Part shown: piece after piece, positions 1 to 8,448 of the stretch
How the letters are laid out: the number at the start of each line of letters is the position of its first letter
Position numbering within the stretch: position 1 is the stretch's first letter
Assembly (NCBI GenBank): GCA_965140785.1
Contig: OZ223520.1
Span: 1-30,359 of the forward strand
Direction of reading: 5' to 3'
Length of the DNA stretch: 30,359 nucleotides
DNA from: an uncultured Ruficoccus sp.
Lineage (GTDB): Bacteria > Verrucomicrobiota > Verrucomicrobiia > Opitutales > Cerasicoccaceae
Notes under the pieces: generated by a model
What the model was told of the DNA's origin: nothing
Seen by the model: only the letters and a program-made list of their open reading frames with translations
Databases searched by the model: none
Translations under genes and position numbers: made by a program

Positions 1-610
1 ACGGGAGCAAAAGCGGTATCCAGGCTGCCGTCCGTGTTCAAGAGCGCGACCGAAGGACGAGCCGTACCGTTCACCGTCGTGAAATTCCCGGCGACATACA
101 CCTTGCCATCGTCTTGCCAGGACCAGGCGCTTGCACATAGCGCACGGATGCGCCCCCCACCCCCGCCACAGCGAAGCTGGTGTCCAGCGACAAGTCCGCA
201 TTCAGACGCAGCACGCAGGCCCGGGAGGTCCCGTCATAAGAATCAAATACACCGCCCACGAGGATCTTTCCGTCCGGCTGAACGACGATGCTGTTGATTT
301 CCGGAGAGCCCCGTCGTCGTCGCAAAGCCGTCAATAATGTCGGCGACCGTACCGTCGGCATTGAGACGCCACATGGCCGAGCTGCCCCCCCCCTGGTAGC
401 TGCCATAAGTGCCCCCCACCAACAGGCTGCCGTCGCTCTCAAGGGCGACCGCGTTGAGCGGCTCGGCAAAGCCAGTTCCGACCTCCACCATAAAACCGGC
501 GTCGAGGTCATCCGGAGCTGCATAAACACTCCCGGTAATGATGAAAGCCAGCACAAAGGCCGGCGCTAATTTATTTAATCAAGCGTCGGCAGTGATTGGT
601 AGTTTCGCAT
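1..610 (-). pseudogene. Secreted delta-60 repeat (DUF5122-like) beta-propeller protein, 5' part, frameshifted; continues beyond window
   Basis: Repeats read across frames: NAVALESDGSLLVGG, NSIVVQPDGKILVGG..RLNADLSLDTSF, LQDDGKVYVAGNF..LLNTDGSLDTAF. Hydrophobic signal-like N-terminus. Frame breaks near 580, 300 and 115-130; these may be sequencing indels. Confidence 0.8.
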
Positions 611-960
611 AACCGATTAGTGATCGATCCAATGGAGTTACAGGAGGCTGTACCGTCGAACACAGTCTGAAAAACACTAATCGTACTAATCAGCCCAGTT
701 AATAATGACTAAATTACGTCATATGCATGGATATAAAAAGTCCTTATCCCCGGCGCGGGTTAAATTAGGCAACACCATTTCCCGCAAGACATAAGGCTAT
801 TGCGCCCTAGTTGATCCCTATATCTCCTACCTATATCAAGCCAAAAGATCCCATTAATTCTTGAGGTATATACTTCATAAAATCAGGTCCGCTTTGCGCA
901 CCAACCTGCCCTTCTCTCCTCAGTCGCCCCCTGTCTGAGTCCCACGTTTTGGTCCGGATG

Positions 961-1950
961 TTATGAGAGATTTCCGGTCTGGTGGTTGTGTTGTTGGTTT
1001 GTTTGTTTTTGGAGGTTCTGGCGTAGAGAGGCCGTAGGCCGAACGGAGCCGGAACCTGAGTTTAGTTGTTTGGCAAACTGGGTCGGGTTGTGAGCAAGCC
1101 CAGAGAGCGATGAGGGCGTTCGTTGTTGTAGTAGCTGCGCCAATCATTAAAGACGACGCGTGATTCGCTGAGGGTGTAGAGCAGTTCACGATCCAGGCAC
1201 TCCTGCCTGAAGCGGCTGTTGAAGGACTCGACGTAGCCGGGCGGGCTGGTCGCACCGTCCGCCATTGTGCCAGGGGCAACCCGGATCAATGTAGAGGGTC
1301 TTGATCTGATTGTCGGCCAGCCAGCGCTTGATCGGTCTGGCGATAAACTCGGGCCCGTTATCGGAGCGGATATACGCGGGAACTCCGTGGGTGGTGATCG
1401 CCTGCTTGAGCACGGCGAGCACATCATCGGCCTTGATGGAGCGATCCGCATGGATGCAATGACACTCACGCGTAAACTCATCAATGAGGTTAAAACAGCG
1501 CAGGGCGCCGCCACGCTGAGTATGGTCGGAGACTACCGAGCGCGAAGCGCGACATGATCACAAGAAAACAAGTCCGCAGGCCCAGACGTGGTTACGGGGC
1601 GTGGCCTGCTGCGGCAATCCTGTCGACAAGCCCTGACGACGTGTGCGTGGTTTAGGAGCAGGCACTTGCAGGCCCTCCTGCCGACGTACGCGTTGCACCA
1701 GTTTCTTGCCCACATTCCAACCGGCCTCGCGAAGCTTGCGCGTGATCTTGCGATAGCCCAAGGTCGGATGACGCTGGCTCATCTTCACGATCTCGGCTTC
1801 CAGCAGCCGCTTCTTCTCGGGTAGCGGCTTGGGTTGGTAACGATAGGTTGAGCGATGAATGCCCAGCCACCGGCACACTTGTCTCCCGGAGCACCGAAGC
1901 GCGGCGACGACCTTGGCGGCCGCCCCGCGCTGGTGATCCGGGCTCAGGCG
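961..1950 (-). pseudogene. IS3 transposase OrfB (DDE integrase core), disrupted
   Basis: GYRKITRKLR, NHVWAC, IDEFTREC, IRSDNGPEF, GYVESFNSRFRQECL and YNNERPH lie in different frames. Insertions at about 1534-1569 and 1239-1263; frameshift near 1090. Confidence 0.9.
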
Positions 1951-2235
1951 TTTTTTTCCAACGCAATCTCAAGGGCTTTGGTCTTGAGCAAATGGTCGGC
2001 AAGCAGCTTCTTTAGCTCGGAGTGTCAGGCCTTCTCGCTACGCTCGTGAACTCCTTCTCCAAGTCCCGTAGCCGCTGTGCCTCCTTCACATCCAACCCCC
2101 CCATACTGGCGCTTGTAGCGATGGTACGTCGCCGGGCTGATACCGTGCTCGCGGCAGGCATCCTCGACGTTTAGACCTTCGCTCGCTGCGAAGGATGCGG
2201 ATGATCTCTTCGGTGCTTCGTCTTCCTCGTTTCAT
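1944..2235 (-). pseudogene. IS3 transposase OrfA (HTH), disrupted
   Basis: MKRGRRSTEEIIRIL..NVEDACREHGISPATYHRYKRQYGG..SELKKLLADH..LEKNA* read across frames. Confidence 0.88.
1950..1959 (-). promoter_or_regulatory. Probable -1 programmed frameshift site of IS3 (GGAAAAAAAC)
   Basis: A7 run at the OrfA end/OrfB start overlap, the usual IS3 arrangement. Confidence 0.65.
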
Positions 2236-2304
2236 ACTCGATTATCTGTCATTTGACAGAAAATCATCTCATCAGCAATGGACCAATTTCGGGAGGCTCA
2301 GACA

Positions 2305-3046
2305 AAGTCCTCGTGGTTTTGGCTACGTGTTGGATTTTTCTGATGCAACAATGGAGGAATTCTTTCTGGAAGAATTTGGAGTTGAAATCTATTCAGAGGA
2401 AAACCAAGTCAATGGAAATTCGAAGAGAAATTGCTTAACAACATTCCTTCGGCGGACGGATCAAAACACTGCTCTTAATGTTTTGCGAGCATTGTGGGAG
2501 CGTCGTGAAGGACTGTTAGATTCTCATCCTCATTCTCAGGAGACTCAGGAAGCCCGATCCAAATCTAAACCATTTCAGCAGGTTATCGAACAGCTCCAGA
2601 GCGATCCCACATTGGTAACGACTGCTGGGGTAGAGAAATTCTCACATGACCGCACACTGGATGAGCTTGTTTCGGATATTGAAAGAACCCTTTGTGCGAA
2701 TAAGCCGGAGGTGGCTATAGATCACTTACATACTTATTGTGTAAAAAAAATCACACACTTGCTTGAAATCCGTAGCATAAAATGCTCCCAAGACGAACCG
2801 CTACACTCACGATTTGGAAAGTATAGGAAATGTTTGGAAAGTGAGCAGAATTTACATGACTTCACGACCCGCGCCCTGAAGTCGTTCATTAGTCTACTGG
2901 AAAGCTTCAATGATGTTAGAAACAATCATTCGCTTGCCCACAATAACGTGATTCTGGACCCAATAGAGGCAAGATTCATCTTCAGCAGTGTGAGCGCAAT
3001 GCTTGTTATGCTCCGCGCCCTGGAATCAACACGATATGGAGAATAA
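2305..3046 (+). CDS. Abortive infection family protein (AbiJ-like N-terminus, Abi_C/HEPN-like C-terminus), 5' end cut by IS3
   Basis: GYVLDFSD..EFF..EFGVEIY..GNSK N-terminal motif; C-terminal FNDVRNNHSLAH (R-x6-H, HEPN-like). Lower GC than neighbours. The called ORF 2195-3046 begins inside the IS. Confidence 0.75.
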
Positions 3047-3106
3047 TAGAGCCAGTAGAGCTAAAACCCGAAATACTGAATTGTGTAATGTCTAAAACCT
3101 GTCCCC

Positions 3107-3344
3107 GGTTAACGCTCAGTTAAAGCCAGTTAAAGGCAAAAACGGGGGATTTGAGTCGTATTGAGGGGTATTCGGACAGGGCTTCTGTCGCAAATTAAGG
3201 CGTTACTATTACGCAAGTTGCGCAATAGTAGCCATTTAGGACAAATAAAAATTGGAGGTGGCGGGACGCGGACTCGAATCCATAAGTCGCTGACTACCAG
3301 CACACAGCGATTTAGTCCATTTACCAGTTAAGGCTCAGTTAAGG
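3107..3344. repeat. CAGTTAA direct-repeat clusters flanking the tRNA remnant (integrase arm-like sites)
   Basis: GGTTAACGCTCAGTTAAAGCCAGTTAAAGG (3107-3136) and CAGTTAAGGCTCAGTTAAGG (3325-3344), with 10-11 bp period. Confidence 0.6.
3257..3278 (-). other. tRNA 3'-end remnant (T-loop to acceptor), probable att core
   Basis: Minus strand TTCGAGT CCGCG TCCCGCC A CC fits T-loop, T-stem 3' strand, acceptor 3' strand and discriminator. No 5' half present. Confidence 0.6.
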
Positions 3345-3541
3345 TCATTGAGTCGCACGCAGTCGCATTGACGCGCATCGCCAATGACTTGGGCGTACCA
3401 TCAGTCCTTTCGTTTGCGGGTTGGAGGGCGAAATCATAGGCCCATGATTTTGCCGGTTCAGGGCATATGAGCCGTTGGGAAAGGAGTCACCCGAGCATCG
3501 AACTCGGGCATTTTTTGAAGAAAAGTGACTATCGGGAAAGC

Positions 3542-4060
3542 TCATGCGGCCCACCCCTCCTCTTCCTCAATTTTCGGTAATGGCTCGCGATAGGTGTGAT
3601 TCAGGAGCCCACCGAGGTGTGCGATTTTTCGGATCGGACCCTGATTGCGAGAGGCTTCCACGTCCGGCTCAATGATCTGGTTGTCACGGCCCTGATGCGG
3701 CCTTTCATGGTGGTAATGTAGCACGTATTCGCTGATGGCTTTCCGTAAGGCTGCCTCGCTGAAGAAAATCATCTTGTCCAGGCATGGGCGCTTCGCTTTG
3801 TCGCCGCTTCGCAGGCTCGGTACACGCTTGATCGATTTGACGAAGCACTCGGCGTAGCCGTTCATCATCGGCATGCACACAGGCAGCCTGAAAGGGGTTG
3901 TGCCACTGCTACGCAACAACTCACGGAACGCATTTGTAAAGAGAGTATCCCGGTCATGCAGCAGGTACTTCTTTCCGGTCAGGAATCCTTCGAACGCATC
4001 CGTCAGGTTCCAGGCAATTTGGAGTATTCCACTGGCCGGAGTATTGGCGACCAATGTGCG
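3542..4060 (-). pseudogene. Integrase-core (rve-type DDE) transposase, C-terminal fragment
   Basis: YLLHDRD, NGYAECFVKSIK..CLD, YHHERPHQG and LGGLL motifs. N-terminal HTH half missing; in-frame 13-aa insert in place of the expected Glu of KRECL. Confidence 0.85.
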
Positions 4061-4157
4061 TGATTTCCAGGCAGGGTAACACCCCGTAGCGCAGTCCTGT
4101 CTTTCTCGGTACACTGATAACCGGTAGCCGATAACAGGCTTTTAGAAAGTTAATACT

Positions 4158-4871
4158 ATGAAGATGTCATTTAAAAAACCATTCTGCATTGGGAAGACTA
4201 CGTGTCTTGCACTTGCATTCATTTCGACAGCCGGCCCCTTACTCCTGGCTAAAGTGCCGGAAAGTGAGCCTGAAGCGATGGTGCCGGCCGCTGAACCCGC
4301 GAAAAATCATGTGGGTGCCGAAAAGGCCAGCGATATCATGGGAATGGATGTCAAAAACCTCCAGGGCGAAAAGCTTGGAACCGTGGACAACCTGATGGTG
4401 GACCTATCGAGCGGACGCATCGTTGCCGTCATCGTGTCCTCAGGGGGCTTTATCGGCTTGGGCGATGTCTTGAGCGCGATTCCCCCGAGTGTCCTCGGCC
4501 AAAAAGCGGGCCAGGATTATCTGTCACTCGATGTCACGGCCAAGGCGCTCGCCGCTCTGCCGCATTTCCCCAACAATGCATGGCCGGACCTCAGCCAGCC
4601 CGATTACGTCGATGGGATTTACCGTGCGTATAATGTCCCGCCCTACTATGTCGTCACCCCGACGGCCGCACAAACTGCCAGGGAAAAGAGGATAGCATTG
4701 AACGCCAAAGACGTCGAAACGGTATCAGTGGACGGAAAATATACCATCCACATTAAACCTATGAGCGAGGACTCGAAGCGAGAAATGGATGAGTTTTCCG
4801 CGGAAATTGCCAAGGCCAAAGAAGAAAACCGTCGGCTTGAATTGAAGTTGAGCGAAGAAAACGCCCAATAA
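4158..4871 (+). CDS. Exported PRC-barrel domain protein
   Basis: Signal-like N-terminus; KASDIMGMDVKNLQGEKLGTVDNLMVDLSSGRIVAVIVSSGGFIG PRC-barrel signature. Confidence 0.9.
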   Translation: MKMSFKKPFCIGKTTCLALAFISTAGPLLLAKVPESEPEAMVPAAEPAKNHVGAEKASDIMGMDVKNLQGEKLGTVDNLMVDLSSGRIVAVIVSSGGFIGLGDVLSAIPPSVLGQKAGQDYLSLDVTAKALAALPHFPNNAWPDLSQPDYVDGIYRAYNVPPYYVVTPTAAQTAREKRIALNAKDVETVSVDGKYTIHIKPMSEDSKREMDEFSAEIAKAKEENRRLELKLSEENAQ

Positions 4872-4892
4872 GCCGCTTTCCAGCAAGGACCG

Positions 4893-4929
4893 AGCCCCTG
4901 TCACGCCAATTGGCGCAGGGGCTTTTTTT
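4893..4929 (+). terminator. Intrinsic terminator
   Basis: AGCCCCTG...CAGGGGCT stem followed by a T-tract, 21 nt after the stop codon. Confidence 0.85.
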
Positions 4930-5064
4930 ATAACTTGAGCAGTAGGTCATCACCCCAGAAATGCCCACTCGCAATCAGCCCGGAATGGCGTTATGTTTCT
5001 CTAATGCGCAAGCTATCGATAGCCCTGCAACAAGAACCCGGTTGCCATTCGTAGACTGCCCCGG

Positions 5065-6141
5065 ATGAAACCGACGATGGCCAAGGGTACTCAAACATCC
5101 TACCTCAAACGCTACCAATGCGCGCTGAGGTCGCATTTGCGGCGGCGGGCGGACAGGCGTTTGACCTCGCGGCCCGCGCGCTCACTGGGACGCGAGGGAG
5201 TCGCTCTCGGCATGGATGTGTTTGATCTCATCCGCGTGCATGACCAAGCGGTCGCAGCTCAATGTTCGCCTGAACCCCCGCCGAGTTCGGGCGGCTGTCC
5301 CACGTCCGAGGGCGCATTCCTGTCCGAAGCACTGAAACCTTTTGAAGCGGAGAGCGACCGTCAGAACACGGCTCTTCACGAGGCTAATCGACTCGGCGCC
5401 GATCAACTGGCACACGAAACCGAACATAACCGGCAACTGCTGGCCAATTCCCAGCGGCTTCAGAACGAGTTGCAGCGGCTCACGCGCCAACTCCTGATCG
5501 CGCAAGAGGAAGAGCGTAAGGAGATCAGCCGCGAGTTGCACGACGAGGTTGCTCAAATCCTGGCCGGTATCAACGTCCGGCTCGCCGCACTCAAGGAAAC
5601 CGGCGCACACAACAACCGCGAGTTGCAGCGCAATATCGCCCTGACTCAGCGTCTGGTCGAGCAGTCGGTTAAGGTCGTCCACCGCTACGCCCGTAAACTG
5701 CGTCCGGCGATGCTCGACGACCTCGGGTTGATCCCGGCCCTGCGTTCCTTCATCAAGGACTTGCCGGGGAGCAAGGGATTGCGCATCCGCTTCACGGCTT
5801 TCCCCGGGGTGGAAACCCTCGACAATGCCCGGCGCACCGTGCTCTACCGTGTCGCGCAGGAGGCCCTCACGAATGTGGTCCGCCATGCGCATGCCCGGCT
5901 TGTGAGCGTGCGGATCGTAAAAATCACCGGCGGCGCACGACTGGACGTGCGTGACGACGGCAAGTCGTTCCCGGTTGGCCGGATTCTGGCTTCTCAGACA
6001 CAGGCACGGCTCGGTTTGCTCGGCATGCGCGAGCGGGTCGAAATGGCCGGGGGCAGGTTCTCCATCCTTTCCTCGCCGGGTAAAGGCACCACCATCCGGG
6101 CCGAGATTCCTTTCAAGACTTTCACTGGAAAGAGCGTATGA
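5065..6141 (+). CDS. Cytoplasmic sensor histidine kinase (HisKA_3/NarX-UhpB type)
   Basis: QEEERKEISRELHDEVAQ H-box; QEALTNVVRHA, DDGKSF, GLLGMRER and GKGT ATPase motifs; no transmembrane helix. Confidence 0.93.
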   Translation: MKPTMAKGTQTSYLKRYQCALRSHLRRRADRRLTSRPARSLGREGVALGMDVFDLIRVHDQAVAAQCSPEPPPSSGGCPTSEGAFLSEALKPFEAESDRQNTALHEANRLGADQLAHETEHNRQLLANSQRLQNELQRLTRQLLIAQEEERKEISRELHDEVAQILAGINVRLAALKETGAHNNRELQRNIALTQRLVEQSVKVVHRYARKLRPAMLDDLGLIPALRSFIKDLPGSKGLRIRFTAFPGVETLDNARRTVLYRVAQEALTNVVRHAHARLVSVRIVKITGGARLDVRDDGKSFPVGRILASQTQARLGLLGMRERVEMAGGRFSILSSPGKGTTIRAEIPFKTFTGKSV

Positions 6142-6815
6142 AGCGTATCACCGTTTTACTGGCTGAAGATCATGCCATCGTCCGGGAGGGGCTGCGCACC
6201 TTGCTGGACTTGGGAACGGACTTCGAGGTCATCGGCGAGGCATCCACTGGCCGCGAAGCGGTGAACTTCGCCCGCGAGAAGCATCCGGATGTCGTCGTGA
6301 TGGACATTGCCATGCCGGAGCTTAACGGCTTCGAGGCGACCCGGCAGATCCTGGTCGTTTCGCCCGCCACGCGCGTTCTGGTTCTCTCCGCGCACAGCGA
6401 AGACGAGTATGTCTCACACATGGCTTCCGTCGGGGCATCGGGTTATCTCATGAAGCAAAACTCCGGGCAGGTGCTGCTCCATGCAATCCGGGAAATAGCC
6501 CGTGGCCGCCCGTACTTCAGTCCGGCCATTTCCAAGCGCCTGCGCAATGCCGAGCGTCAGGCCCGGCAACGGGGAACCGACCCTGCGAAGGCCAAGCGCC
6601 CCCTGACCGCGCGTGAGGCGGAGGTCCTGCAACTGGTGGCCGAAGGCTCGGCAAACAAGCAGATCGCCGCCCATCTTGGCATCAGCATCAAGACCGTCGA
6701 AAAGCATCGCCAACAGCTCATGGATAAACTCGACATCCATGACACTGCGGGGCTGACTCGTCATGCGATTTCTACCGGAGTCATTGAAAACAGCATCCAG
6801 CCGACAACAGGCTGA
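6138..6815 (+). CDS. NarL/LuxR-family response regulator
   Basis: LAEDH, VVMDIAMP receiver; LTAREAEVLQLVAEG..NKQIA..KTVEKH HTH; ATGA overlap with the kinase. Confidence 0.96.
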   Translation: MKRITVLLAEDHAIVREGLRTLLDLGTDFEVIGEASTGREAVNFAREKHPDVVVMDIAMPELNGFEATRQILVVSPATRVLVLSAHSEDEYVSHMASVGASGYLMKQNSGQVLLHAIREIARGRPYFSPAISKRLRNAERQARQRGTDPAKAKRPLTAREAEVLQLVAEGSANKQIAAHLGISIKTVEKHRQQLMDKLDIHDTAGLTRHAISTGVIENSIQPTTG

Positions 6816-6845
6816 GACGGGGCTTGAGCTTACTTTTCCTCCGCA

Positions 6846-7703
6846 TCACTCGATACGCCTGACACGCACATCCGCGGTCAGGTGACAGGTGACGGGCTCC
6901 GGATTCGCAAAAGCCCCCTGGATGGGGTTCACGCTTTCGGCCACCACGGCCTGGGCCACGGGGATATAGGCATTGGTACAGAAGATGCCATGGGTCGGGT
7001 CCATCCCCCGCCAGCCCGCCCCGGGCAGGAAGACTTCGGCCCAGGCGTGCATATCCCCGGAAGCGGACCCGTTGATCGATGGGTCAAAGAGGTATCCGCT
7101 GACGAAACGGGCCGCCAGCCCGAGAGTACGCGCGCATTCCACCAGAAGCGTGGCATAGTCCCGACAGGAGCCCGAGCCCAGGCTCATCGTGGTCAGCGAG
7201 CTCTGGATGCCGGGGGCGTCTCGCCGCAGATAGCGAAGGCTGTTGTAAATGGCCTGGTTGAGCTCGAAAAGCCAGGAGACCGTTTCCCGTGGGCGCATCA
7301 TAAAATGCTGGTTCAACCAGCCACGTATGGCATCCTGCACGTGGGGCTGCGGAGGGATGAGATAGATCGTGAGGTTGAACAGGTGCAGGGGCTCGTAGCT
7401 GAAGGGAAACATCAGCGCGGTATCACGGACCAGGAAGTCGAACGGCAACGCGTCCGCGGTGGTAACGGTACACTCGGAGCGAATGTCGAGCGTCGTGGAG
7501 TCGATGTAAAACCGTGCGCTCGCTGGCAGGTTGTCGAAGTCGTCCCGCATCCAATCGACCTGAGCCTGCGGCTGAAAAGCGAAGGCGAAATGATTGACCT
7601 GTAAAAGCGGGGTTTCGCGGGGTCTCAGGTAGAGCAGGTGCGGCAGGAACCGCACCTGCCGGTCGTAAGCATAGCGCGTGGCGTGAGAGATCTCTAGCTG
7701 CAT
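6846..7703 (-). CDS. Transglutaminase-like family protein
   Basis: GSCRDYA, ARFVSGY, HAWAEVFLPGAGWRGMDPT (Cys-His-Asp triad). Confidence 0.93.
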   Translation of the reverse strand: MQLEISHATRYAYDRQVRFLPHLLYLRPRETPLLQVNHFAFAFQPQAQVDWMRDDFDNLPASARFYIDSTTLDIRSECTVTTADALPFDFLVRDTALMFPFSYEPLHLFNLTIYLIPPQPHVQDAIRGWLNQHFMMRPRETVSWLFELNQAIYNSLRYLRRDAPGIQSSLTTMSLGSGSCRDYATLLVECARTLGLAARFVSGYLFDPSINGSASGDMHAWAEVFLPGAGWRGMDPTHGIFCTNAYIPVAQAVVAESVNPIQGAFANPEPVTCHLTADVRVRRIE

Positions 7704-8181
7704 GATAAGAAATTACATTTACAGAAACCGGCCTGTGGAGAAAGCACTCCACCGGGAATCCGTGAAACCGTGCGAGCCGACAACCATCGACTCAGATGCG
7801 TTTCATGAGCAGAAGCACAATTAATACGATCAGAACAAGGCCCAGCCCACTGCTCGGATAGTAGCCCCATTTCCGGCTATACGGCCAGGCGGGGATGGCC
7901 CCGATGAGCAAGAGAATCAACAGGATTAAAAGTATGGTTCCTAACATGGTATTCCTTCTCTAACATATGGGAAACAGCCTTCGCTGACCGGACGGGTGTC
8001 CGGCAAGGTCCGACGCTTCCGGAGTGGAAGCGTCGGCTCTTCCCTCCCCCGACTCTACTCGAATAGCCAGCTCCTGTCTACGGGGTCTTGCCCTACCCGG
8101 CAGTACGCAGTCCCGGACAGCTTTGTTTCCCTCATACGGGTAAGACCCCATTGCTGGTACGGGGCAGACGGCGTATCCTGA

Positions 8182-8448
8182 ATGCAAATGATGCAACGAA
8201 ACTTTCTTTACCGCTGGCTGAAGAGTGGAAACGAGCGTTATAGCGGACCGGTCACCCGGGCCGCTGTGAACACGCGCACCCATCAACTGGCCGTGATGGC
8301 GGGACGCCCCGACTCAGCAGTGGCACAGGTTGACTACGAGCAGGCGAAGCGGGAGATCACCGGAGAGTCGGACCCCGATCGCCAGTCAAAAGCGCTCGAC
8401 GGAGCTCGGGCGGAGCCTTTGACGCAAGATGAGCGTGCGCAATCATGA
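8182..8448 (+). CDS. Small hypothetical protein, DUF2934-like
   Basis: R..QLA...GR.......DYEQAKREI pattern; stop overlaps the next gene's start (ATGA). Confidence 0.65.
   Translation: MQMMQRNFLYRWLKSGNERYSGPVTRAAVNTRTHQLAVMAGRPDSAVAQVDYEQAKREITGESDPDRQSKALDGARAEPLTQDERAQS

Larger units (their letters stand above)
932..2304 (-). mobile_element. IS3-family insertion sequence, degenerate
   Basis: Imperfect terminal inverted repeats with TG..CA ends: TGTCTGAGTCCCACGTTTTGGTCC at 932 and, as reverse complement ending at 2304, TGTCTGAGCCTCCCGAAATTGGTCC. OrfA/OrfB organisation. No target duplication visible. Confidence 0.93.

Noticed and set aside
3047..3075. Possible integron attC after the Abi gene
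   Set aside because: No RYYYAAC/GTTRRRY pair enclosing a convincing hairpin, and the integrase in the window looks like an island integrase rather than IntI.
3345..3554. 69-aa ORF downstream of the transposase fragment
   Set aside because: No motif or other coding support.
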